Shown here: positions 47,015 through 53,724 of the stretch, in pieces
Layout: each line of letters starts with the position of its first letter
How positions within the stretch are numbered: the first letter of the stretch is position 1
Notes under the pieces: generated by a model
What the model was told of the DNA's origin: nothing
Database searches by the model: none
Seen by the model: only the letters and a program-made list of their open reading frames with translations
Source of the DNA: an uncultured Gammaproteobacteria bacterium
GTDB taxonomy: Bacteria > Patescibacteriota > Patescibacteriia > UBA10025 > JAHIVO01
Assembly: GCA_964549245.1 (NCBI GenBank)
Contig: CAZJUO010000002.1
Location: forward strand, 1 to 53,724
Reading direction: 5' to 3'
Length of the DNA: 53,724 nucleotides
Position numbers and translations under genes: made by a program

Positions 47015-47824
47015 TTAATCAGTCAGCAGTGACTTCATTTGTTTGGTGATCAGTCGAGCGGCGAAGCCGGGGCTTAAGCGGTAAAGAAAATTCATCATTT
47101 TTGAGTCATTACCCACAAATACCCGTGCCTTATTCTTAGCTATGCCGCGGATTATTATCTGGGCAGCTTTTTCTGGTGATAAGGTTTTGTAACTTTTGGC
47201 GGCTGTACTGCCATTTGCTACGGGGTTTTTCACACCGGAATTCGCGGTAATATTGGTATTGGTAGCTCCGGGAAAGACGACGGTTACGTGTACGTTGGTA
47301 TCTGCTAATTCAGCATGTAATCCCTCGGTCAGTAATTTGACGGCTGCTTTTGAAGCGCCATAGACGCTTTGGCCGGGCACGGGTAAAAAGCCGCCCATAC
47401 TGGAAACGTTGACGATATGGGCTGCGGGCCGTTTAAGCAAGTACGGTAAAAATGCTTTGGTCATATAGAGTGTGCCGTAGAAATTGACATTCATTACCCG
47501 ATTGATGGCTGTTTCGTCCAGATCATTGATTTTGACAAATGGTTGAATAATGCCAGCATTATTAACGAGGCCGTCCACTGCCTTGTGCGCAGCTATAATT
47601 TTTTCCGGAAGTTTTTCTACTGCTTGCTTGTCGGTTATATTAACGATGTGTGTGGACAGACGGCTGGCGCGTTTACTAGCTAGTGTTTTAGTCTCCTGTA
47701 GAGTTTGTGCGTTGATATCGACCGCGGCCACGCTGGCCCCCTGTTTGAGTAAGGTTAACGTTAGAGCACGGCCGATACCGCTGCCGCCGCCGGTGACGAC
47801 TATGGTTTTGTTATGTATATTCAT
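47015..47824 (-). CDS. SDR family oxidoreductase
   Basis: TGGGSGIGRA, NNAG and YGASKAA. Confidence 0.9.
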   Translation of the reverse strand: MNIHNKTIVVTGGGSGIGRALTLTLLKQGASVAAVDINAQTLQETKTLASKRASRLSTHIVNITDKQAVEKLPEKIIAAHKAVDGLVNNAGIIQPFVKINDLDETAINRVMNVNFYGTLYMTKAFLPYLLKRPAAHIVNVSSMGGFLPVPGQSVYGASKAAVKLLTEGLHAELADTNVHVTVVFPGATNTNITANSGVKNPVANGSTAAKSYKTLSPEKAAQIIIRGIAKNKARVFVGNDSKMMNFLYRLSPGFAARLITKQMKSLLTD

Positions 47825-47870
47825 AGGATAATAACTTAATAATTATCTTTATATGCCTTGAGCAGGCGCA

Positions 47871-48464
47871 TTAATTTTTAGCGAAAATATAAATACCTCG
47901 TTCCACCTTACCGATTTTTGCTGACATACCTTTTAATAGTGTGGGTAACAGTACTTGATAAAATTTCGGGGAAAAGAAATCAGGATCTCCAACGGTTACT
48001 TTTGGTTTTATTCCATTTGATATTTTACTGACTAACAAAGCATGACCGAATTTTTTCTTTTTATCAAGCGCGGACATAAAGGTAATGATCATTACGTCAT
48101 GCCCCTTTTTTAGGCTCGTACGGATTAAGTTAGCCGGGTCTTCTGTGGCAGAGCGTTTATAATAGGTTACATGCAGGGGGATTTTTTTATTCCGAAAAAA
48201 ACGGTTAAACGGCCCGGCTTTATCAGAGTCCTGGCAGCCGTAACCGAGTAACGGTTTTTTGGCTGACACCTTGATGCCTTTTGGAAAGAGGTGTTTGTAT
48301 TTCGGCGGTACAACCAGTTTTAAGGCCCGGCCGATTTCCTCCTGGGTAAAGATCGGCAATTTTCTGCGCAGTAAAATCCATTGGACGGCACACGGCACGC
48401 AACACAGCCTTTGCTGGGTTAGGGGGAGATAGGAGGGGGTGACTTTTATTGATGGTTTTTTCAT
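47871..48464 (-). CDS. hypothetical protein, possibly papain-like (C39-like) cysteine peptidase fold
   Basis: QQRLCCVPCAVQWIL (Gln then Cys), GHALLV and GDPD could form a Cys/His/Asp triad. Assignment is weak. Confidence 0.35.
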   Translation of the reverse strand: MKKPSIKVTPSYLPLTQQRLCCVPCAVQWILLRRKLPIFTQEEIGRALKLVVPPKYKHLFPKGIKVSAKKPLLGYGCQDSDKAGPFNRFFRNKKIPLHVTYYKRSATEDPANLIRTSLKKGHDVMIITFMSALDKKKKFGHALLVSKISNGIKPKVTVGDPDFFSPKFYQVLLPTLLKGMSAKIGKVERGIYIFAKN

Positions 48465-48576
48465 GTGTAGTAATACGCGTTTTAAATTGGCGAAGGTCTT
48501 TGGTACCTTGGTAAGCTCGATGTTTAGGTGGAGTTTACGCTTACTGCGTTCACTTCATGATTCGCACAGACAATTT

Positions 48577-48591
48577 CCCAGAGCGGAGGAG
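48577..48591. repeat. left arm of perfect 15-bp inverted repeat (CCCAGAGCGGAGGAG)
   Basis: Exact reverse complement of 49148-49162. Confidence 0.9.
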
Positions 48592-48603
48592 GTGAGATTC
48601 GCC
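48584..48603 (-). pseudogene. tRNA 3'-end-like fragment (T-loop remnant plus acceptor 3' strand plus discriminator)
   Basis: Minus strand GGCGAATCTCACCTCCTCCG matches the tRNA-Ser(CGA) 3' end TTCGAATCCCACCCCTTCCG at 15/20 positions. Its acceptor strand is complementary to the 5' fragment at 49148-49154. Confidence 0.55.
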
Positions 48604-48655
48604 CAGTCATCCGACTGGGCGCCATGCCGGATGGCATGGCAAACCCCAAGCAGAA

Positions 48656-48669
48656 GGGGCGAGAGCGGC
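48656..48669. repeat. 14-nt direct repeat GGGGCGAGAGCGGC (copy 1)
   Basis: Identical to 49115-49128. Confidence 0.85.
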
Positions 48670-48681
48670 TAATTAATTCAA

Positions 48682-48768
48682 CGGAAGGGGTGGGATTCGA
48701 ACCCACGGTACCCTTGCAGGTACATCGCTTTTCGAGAGCGACCCGATCGACCACTCCGGCACCCTTCC
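48682..48768 (-). tRNA. tRNA-Ser (anticodon CGA), type II with long variable arm
   Basis: Manual cloverleaf is GGAAGGG-TG-CCGG-AGTGGTCGA-TCGG-G-TCGCT-CTCGAAA-AGCGA-TGTACCTGCAAGGGTACC-GTGGG-TTCGAAT-CCCAC-CCCTTCC-G. CCA is not encoded. Confidence 0.9.
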
Positions 48769-48770
48769 AT

Positions 48771-49082
48771 CTATTCCTCATATTTAATTTGCTTGTACTT
48801 TCCTATTGATTTTAAAAAACTTGATAATTGTCTATTTAGGAATTTTTTACAATCACTTGTCTTTAGGAATTTCTCTCGCCGCCTGGCATCTTCCTCGAGA
48901 ATATATGCTTCATAGTGAATCAGTCGTAACGGCCGTAAGTGTTTAGTTGATTTTACCTCACCATCATGGTGTTGTTTAACCCTTTGTTTGAGTGCTGTCG
49001 TAAAGCCAGTATATAGTGTATTGTTTTTTAGGAGTAGTAGATATACAAAGTACATATTGTTATGTGAATGCGTTTTCGCCAC
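48771..49082 (-). CDS. GIY-YIG nuclease family protein (small, catalytic domain only)
   Basis: MYFVYLLLLKNNTLYTGFTTALKQRVKQH...E. The true start may be ATG 49055. The stop TAG at 48773-48771 lies 2 nt before the tRNA. Confidence 0.8.
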   Translation of the reverse strand: MAKTHSHNNMYFVYLLLLKNNTLYTGFTTALKQRVKQHHDGEVKSTKHLRPLRLIHYEAYILEEDARRREKFLKTSDCKKFLNRQLSSFLKSIGKYKQIKYEE

Positions 49083-49114
49083 GGGATGAACCCGTGGCGC
49101 CCCGAGTTAATCTC

Positions 49115-49128
49115 GGGGCGAGAGCGGC
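49115..49128. repeat. 14-nt direct repeat GGGGCGAGAGCGGC (copy 2)
   Basis: Identical to 48656-48669. Confidence 0.85.
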
Positions 49129-49154
49129 CCGTTCAACCACTCCGGCACTCCTCC
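49119..49154 (-). pseudogene. tRNA-Ser-like 5' half (acceptor 5' strand, D arm, 5' side of anticodon arm)
   Basis: Minus strand GGAGGAGTGCCGGAGTGGTTGAACGGGCCGCTCTCG is identical at 31/36 positions to positions 1-36 of tRNA-Ser(CGA). No matching anticodon 3' strand follows. Confidence 0.6.
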
Positions 49155-49162
49155 GCTCTGGG
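49148..49162. repeat. right arm of perfect 15-bp inverted repeat (CTCCTCCGCTCTGGG)
   Basis: Exact reverse complement of 48577-48591. Confidence 0.9.
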
Positions 49163-49172
49163 GTTTTGATAA

Positions 49173-49715
49173 TTAACGTTTATAAATGTATACGATACTA
49201 CTGTTGGGATTTTGGGGTTTGATCTGTACAGTTTTGATAGGCTGCCATTGGGGAATTTTGAAAGCATACGAGAGGACCATAGTTCCCGGCTTCAAATCAG
49301 CCTTGAGTTTTTCTCCTACTTTTTTCATAACGCTGTCTATTAAAAAACAAAAAACTACCGTAGCTTCACTTAGATTTTCATGATAAAAATTTTTATAATA
49401 TACAGTTGTTTTAGCCTGTTGTTTTTTAATGTTCATTTTGGCCCGCCAGTAAGCCAGGGGGGTTATTTCAAAGCCGACCGTGGTAGCGCCGGCAGCCTTT
49501 TCAATAGCGATTAAAGTGCCAGCATCACCGCATCCAAGGTCATAGACGCGATCCTTGGCAGTAATGTTCGCTTCTTTGATAATGATAGGAACTAGGTTTT
49601 TTGGGCTGCGCACAAACGGCACTTTAGTATATAATAAGACGAATAAAATTACCAGCGACAGTATGGAGACAGAGACCGTGAGTATTAGAATAATAATGAG
49701 GAGAGTAAGCAGCAT
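49173..49715 (-). CDS. membrane-anchored class I SAM-dependent methyltransferase
   Basis: Start at ATG 49715. N-terminal TM, VPFVRSP, then VYDLGCGDAGTL motif I. Confidence 0.7.
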   Translation of the reverse strand: MLLTLLIIILILTVSVSILSLVILFVLLYTKVPFVRSPKNLVPIIIKEANITAKDRVYDLGCGDAGTLIAIEKAAGATTVGFEITPLAYWRAKMNIKKQQAKTTVYYKNFYHENLSEATVVFCFLIDSVMKKVGEKLKADLKPGTMVLSYAFKIPQWQPIKTVQIKPQNPNSSIVYIYKR

Positions 49716-49722
49716 ATGGTTT

Positions 49723-50982
49723 TTAAAATAGGGTTGTTTGCTTTTTTTCCGCTTGCCGCAGTTCTTGATCAGAGAAAATGGATATGGTGCCGTATTCGCC
49801 GTCGTAGCCGGGCAGTGCGGAAATAGTACCCTGACGCACGCGCCGTATGCCTTCGGCAATTGTTGGAGTTGTCATTTTTTGCAGTTCTTCCAAGGGGATG
49901 TTCAATAGTATGTTGAATTCATTTTGGCCCTTTTTTATCAGGGATTCATATTCACCTACAACGGTTTTTGTATTCACGCCTTTTTGCATGACCGCGGCGA
50001 TGATTTCTTGGAGCGGCACTAGGCTTTTGAACCCCGGACGGTTTTTGGGCTGGTACCCTTCCGGCCGGTCGGCTAATTCATTAACGCGATAGAGGACGCC
50101 GACGGTCAATTTTTTCTTGCACTTGGGGCACACCCCTTTATGCTTATTGGTCTCGTTTGGTGAGAGCCGAACTTCGCATTTGCGGTGGCCGTCAAAATGG
50201 TACCGACCTTCCTCCGGAAAAAACTCAACTGTATAGTCAATTTTATTTTTGTCATTAGTGTGCTTGATAGCTTCGAGTATTGCATCATACGTTAACGATT
50301 CTAAATTAAATACCGTGGCTTCCCGCCCCATTTTGGCTGGTGAGTGCGCGTCTGAAAAGGAGACGATTGACATGCGGTCAAGCTGGGAAAGGCGCCAGTT
50401 CATGGGAGGATCGGAGGAAAGGCCTGTTTCAATAGCATGAATATGCTTTGCCATGCCGCCAAAACATTCTTCTAACGTGTCAAAGCCGGACTTAGAGCCA
50501 AACATGGAAAACCAGGGCGTCCAGATGTGCGCTGGTATGAGCATAGCCCGGGGAGAAGTATCCATAACAATTTTTACCAGTTCTTCCGAGTCGAGACCGA
50601 GAATAGGACGACCGTCTGATTTGATATTCCCAATTGTGGCTAGCTGCGAATTAAATTTTTTCACACTGGCCAAATCAGGCATAATGATGACGTGGTGGAT
50701 ACGGCGAGCTACGTCATTTTTTTTGTAGATACAGCTTAACTCGGTAGTCAGCATGAAATGGCAGGCATGCTTGCGGTTTGTAAGCCGATAGAGGCCGTTA
50801 TCCTGCTGCTGCAATTTTTTAGTTAGCTGCCCAAACCAGGCAGGGTGCGTAAAATCAGATACGGTAATAACGTCGATGCCTTTAATATCAGCCCAGCGGG
50901 CCATTATAGGCAGTTCCATTTGCTGGGAAACGGCCCGTGAATATTTTGAGTGGAAATGTAAATCGGTAAAATAGCTTGGCAT
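49723..50982 (-). CDS. endonuclease Q (PHP-domain, deaminated-base endonuclease) family protein
   Basis: DLHFHSKYSRAVS...VSDFTHPAWF (PHP motif) and a C-terminal zinc finger CPKCKKKLTVGV. 419 aa. Confidence 0.7.
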   Translation of the reverse strand: MPSYFTDLHFHSKYSRAVSQQMELPIMARWADIKGIDVITVSDFTHPAWFGQLTKKLQQQDNGLYRLTNRKHACHFMLTTELSCIYKKNDVARRIHHVIIMPDLASVKKFNSQLATIGNIKSDGRPILGLDSEELVKIVMDTSPRAMLIPAHIWTPWFSMFGSKSGFDTLEECFGGMAKHIHAIETGLSSDPPMNWRLSQLDRMSIVSFSDAHSPAKMGREATVFNLESLTYDAILEAIKHTNDKNKIDYTVEFFPEEGRYHFDGHRKCEVRLSPNETNKHKGVCPKCKKKLTVGVLYRVNELADRPEGYQPKNRPGFKSLVPLQEIIAAVMQKGVNTKTVVGEYESLIKKGQNEFNILLNIPLEELQKMTTPTIAEGIRRVRQGTISALPGYDGEYGTISIFSDQELRQAEKKQTTLF

Positions 50983-51075
50983 AGGTGTAATAAATGTACA
51001 TATAGTCTACCATTGCTATTTTCTTTTCTCAAATAAAAAACTGCCGATTGAATAATCAGCAGTTTGTCGAAAGGA

Positions 51076-51876
51076 TCAGTGGTTGCGGTTTTTTACCAAA
51101 ATGCCCGGTTGAGCGCTGTTGATGAGGTCATCTGCAGAAATCCCCATATCTTCATATACGGCAATAAGCGCGGCAAAAGCTTCCATAAAGCGGTGTAACT
51201 TTTTATCTAAATCTTCTTGGTCGTACTGCTGGGCACGGCGGTCATTGCCGTGACCGCGATAAAGAGCTGGATGAGGAAGCTCGAGTCGCAAGGCCTGGGG
51301 GTTATTTTGCCAGATGCGTAAAACGATTTCCATAGGAATTCCGTACCCCTTGGTGATGAGCTTTGGTGTAATTTTTTCGGCTAGCCAGACGGGTATTCCG
51401 AAATAACCTGATCGGGCATCGGTAATCTGCATTCCGGTTGTTTTTTGCAGTTCTCTGGCAAACAGGTTGTTCAGTACTACGCGGTCTAATGGCGTTCCTT
51501 GGTGGATTGATTGGGGGTGAAATCTGGAACATACCGCTATACTGGCGCCAGCCTGCAGTAAACGTATCAGTTGGATGATAAACTCCGGCCGATGTTGTCC
51601 GTCAGCGTCGATTTTAATAAGATACTCATATCGGCCATGATTAATAATAGCTTCAAAGCCAGCCTTATACGCCGCTCCCACGCCTTGGTTAGCGGCCAGC
51701 GTAACTGCTGTACAATTTCTTTGTTTAATAATGTCGGCGGTATGATCGGTAGAACCGTCGTTGACTACCCAGACGTCAGCATAGGCGCAATGATGCTGCT
51801 GTACTAATGTAATCATAGGACCCAAGGTTTGCGCGTCGTTAAATGCCGTGAACATGACCGCTGTTTTTGCTTTCAT
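51076..51876 (-). CDS. family 2 glycosyltransferase (polyprenol-phosphate sugar transferase-like)
   Basis: Motifs FNDAQTL, VVNDGSTDHT and KIDADGQH. Confidence 0.85.
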   Translation of the reverse strand: MKAKTAVMFTAFNDAQTLGPMITLVQQHHCAYADVWVVNDGSTDHTADIIKQRNCTAVTLAANQGVGAAYKAGFEAIINHGRYEYLIKIDADGQHRPEFIIQLIRLLQAGASIAVCSRFHPQSIHQGTPLDRVVLNNLFARELQKTTGMQITDARSGYFGIPVWLAEKITPKLITKGYGIPMEIVLRIWQNNPQALRLELPHPALYRGHGNDRRAQQYDQEDLDKKLHRFMEAFAALIAVYEDMGISADDLINSAQPGILVKNRNH

Positions 51877-51988
51877 TGCCCACCTCTTTTTTATTATTTG
51901 TGATAGTGCTTTTTTCGTTTTGTGTGATTGTTGTTTATAGCAGTGTATGGTATTTATTGGCTCATGTCAAGAAATATTTTTTTGTGAT

Positions 51989-52744
51989 TTATCCCGCGGC
52001 AATAAGCGTTTCCGCTAACCGTAGCTGTATTTGGTTGTTGACGCCCAATCCCTCGATAGGTTCAGCCGCTATGGAGGTAATTTTTACACCTTGCTGGCAG
52101 GCTCTGTGTATAAGGTCAGTTAAGTAATACTCTTTTTGGGCGTTGTTGTTTTGTAAAGCGGGGATGTTGCCCCAGAGCCATGAAGCATTAAAGCATAAAT
52201 AGGTAGGGTTTAATTCCTTGATTTTTTTCTCTTGGGCGGAGGCATCTTTCACTTCAATAATTTTATTAATATTGCCTTGTTCGTCTCTGACTATTCTGCC
52301 CAAATCATAGTAGTTTTTTCTCCAACCCCTGAAGTGCGGTACGGTAATGGTGGCCATGGTCAGTGTGGCTTTGGTTTTGGCATGATGCGAGATAATTGTT
52401 TTAATGGTTTTTGGACTGATACACGGTTTGTCGCCATATAAGATTAGTATGTATTTTTTTTGTTTATCAACCGCGTTTTGGGCGCAGGCTACAGCGTGGC
52501 CGGTGCCTAATTGTTTCGTTTGGTATGCATAGGTAAATTTTTCCCCCAGATGGTTTTTTACTCGATTAGCCTGATGGCCCACAACAATGCAGGGCTGATG
52601 TGGGTAGCCTGCTTTAGTAATTGCCCCGATGACATGGTCGATGATTGGTTTTTGGTTTAGGGGAACAAGAACCTTGGGTAGGGAATTATTATTCATCCTA
52701 GTCCCTTGGCCGGCCGCCAAGATAATTATCTGCGTATGTTCCAT
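51989..52744 (-). CDS. sugar-1-phosphate nucleotidyltransferase resembling the GlmU N-terminal (uridyltransferase) domain only
   Basis: Start at ATG 52744 (MEHTQIIILAAGQGTRMNNNSLPKVL). Motifs QLGTGHAV and YGDKP. There is no left-handed beta-helix acetyltransferase domain. Confidence 0.75.
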   Translation of the reverse strand: MEHTQIIILAAGQGTRMNNNSLPKVLVPLNQKPIIDHVIGAITKAGYPHQPCIVVGHQANRVKNHLGEKFTYAYQTKQLGTGHAVACAQNAVDKQKKYILILYGDKPCISPKTIKTIISHHAKTKATLTMATITVPHFRGWRKNYYDLGRIVRDEQGNINKIIEVKDASAQEKKIKELNPTYLCFNASWLWGNIPALQNNNAQKEYYLTDLIHRACQQGVKITSIAAEPIEGLGVNNQIQLRLAETLIAAG

Positions 52745-53037
52745 GATTTTATGATTGTTGGTAGTTTGTATAAAAAATGATAAATGTAGTGTATCATTAA
52801 GTAATAGTAACAGCAATGCGATACTGCCTGCGGCATTATTATCATATAATGACTGATTTTTAAATTTTGTCCGGGCAAGCTTTCCCACGGGCGATCACGC
52901 ACTTCGCCCTCCGCACCCATGACCGAGTCATGTTTGCTTCAGGCTCCATGCGTGTCTCCCTTTTCCTCGTCCGCCCATTGGCGGACTCGGATTTCGAGTA
53001 AAGGAACAACACTCTTCTAGTTGAAGAGCGTCTTTCA

Positions 53038-53058
53038 TATAAACTGGCGATGGCCTAC
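53038..53058 (-). repeat. duplicated fragment of the 5S rRNA 3' end plus flank (TATAAACTGGCGATGGCCTAC)
   Basis: 21-nt exact direct repeat of 53137-53157, which spans the 5S 3' terminus. Confidence 0.85.
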
Positions 53059-53101
53059 CCCTCGGCTCGTTTTACTCGCTCGGGGCAAGCTTTCCCAAAT
53101 C

Positions 53102-53130
53102 AAAAAACGTCTCTAGTGGTTAGAAACGCT
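53102..53130 (-). terminator. intrinsic terminator downstream of 5S rRNA
   Basis: Minus strand CGTTTCTA-accac-TAGAGACG followed by TTTTTT. Confidence 0.7.
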
Positions 53131-53142
53131 TTTTGTTATAAA

Positions 53143-53258
53143 CTGGCGATGGCCTACTTTCCCCGCGGTGTGCCCCGCAGTATCATCGGCGCAGGCAGGC
53201 TTAACTGCTGAGTTCGGAATGGGATCAGGTGTGACCCTGCCGCTTGAAGCACCAGAGG
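53143..53258 (-). rRNA. rrf: 5S ribosomal RNA
   Basis: The minus strand reads CCTCTGGTGC...CCCATTCCGAACTCAGCAGTTAAGC...GTAGGCCATCGCCAG. These are classic 5S loop C/helix III and terminal helix sequences. Confidence 0.9.
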
Positions 53259-53451
53259 TTAAAAAATAAATGATTATTTCTTATACCTCCAGTCTCAAGC
53301 TTAATACGGTTTGATCGGCGTAAGATACAGAATGATGCTGACAAAAGCGATAACCAGAATAAACACAAAAATAAGTTGTATGTTTATTTTTTTATTCATA
53401 TTTTGTTTAATAATTTGGGAAAACACGTAGCAAGCAATTGCAGTCTTTTAG

Positions 53452-53724
<273 letters not shown>

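Noticed and set aside
48524-48809. ORFs 48524-48781(-) and 48624-48809(+) cover the tRNA region.
   Set aside because: They run straight through the tRNA-Ser gene and the GC-rich hairpins, so they are artefacts of stop-free structured RNA sequence.
48450-49250. A group I intron carrying a homing endonuclease inside a tRNA-Ser gene was considered as an explanation of the split tRNA.
   Set aside because: I found no AGCGG 3' strand for the anticodon stem, no variable arm and no intact T arm downstream. I recognised no P4/P7-type conserved cores. The insert contains a complete second tRNA, and the 103-aa GIY-YIG protein lacks the DNA-binding extension of intron homing endonucleases. The observation is kept as a finding, but the intron interpretation is not favoured.
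52900-53000. An RNase P RNA-like GAGGAAAAGGGAG stretch lies downstream of 5S.
   Set aside because: It only loosely resembles the GAGGAAAGUCCGGGC core. The GC-rich block is far shorter than an RNase P RNA and lacks the other conserved regions.
53301-53399. A 32-codon minus-strand ORF (MNKKINIQLIFVFILVIAFVSIILYLTPIKPY) lies inside the 23S-5S spacer.
   Set aside because: No Shine-Dalgarno sequence is present. It lies inside an rRNA precursor spacer. The hydrophobic composition is what T-rich, AT-rich spacer DNA yields by chance. It is not supported as a gene.

Overview
This 53.7-kb window is gene-dense and AT-leaning. Its gene content includes many small membrane or secreted orphan proteins, a pilin-like small protein, stand-alone GIY-YIG genes, DUF3160, endonuclease Q and fragments of pathways. 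That mix suggests an uncultivated small-genome bacterium, possibly Patescibacteria/CPR-like (inference only). About 70 protein genes are present, mostly on the minus strand. They include envelope and housekeeping genes (solute-binding protein, galU, CapA-like, murB) and two ABC-2 exporters, one with a TetR regulator and twin operators. Also present are a DUF47-Pit phosphate module, hutU, msrA, a NUDIX hydrolase, an SDR, a HAD nucleotidase, EndoQ, a GT2 and a nucleotidyltransferase resembling only the GlmU N-terminal domain. The right edge carries the 3' end of an rRNA operon (23S 3' end plus 5S, minus strand). RNA genes are tRNA-Ser(CGA), 5S and partial 23S. The most unusual signals are as follows. 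(1) At 48577-49162, the two halves of a second tRNA-Ser-like gene have covarying acceptor arms and form a perfect 15-bp inverted repeat. They bracket a 103-aa GIY-YIG ORF that ends 2 nt before an intact tRNA-Ser(CGA). (2) At 25568-25952, a second GIY-YIG ORF is flanked by inverted GAGATTGC...GCAATGACA hairpin modules, and an orphan module sits at 22800-22847. (3) At 45553-46076, a frameshifted four-helix-bundle (rRNA-IVS-type) gene lies outside any rRNA and is enclosed by GTGAG-rich imperfect inverted repeats. (4) Several non-coding gaps look structured: 27.6 kb, 41.0-41.4 kb, and the region downstream of 5S, which carries a duplicated 5S 3' fragment. I saw no CRISPR array and no reverse transcriptase, integrase or transposase ORF. 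All family assignments rest on motif recognition by eye, not on database searches.
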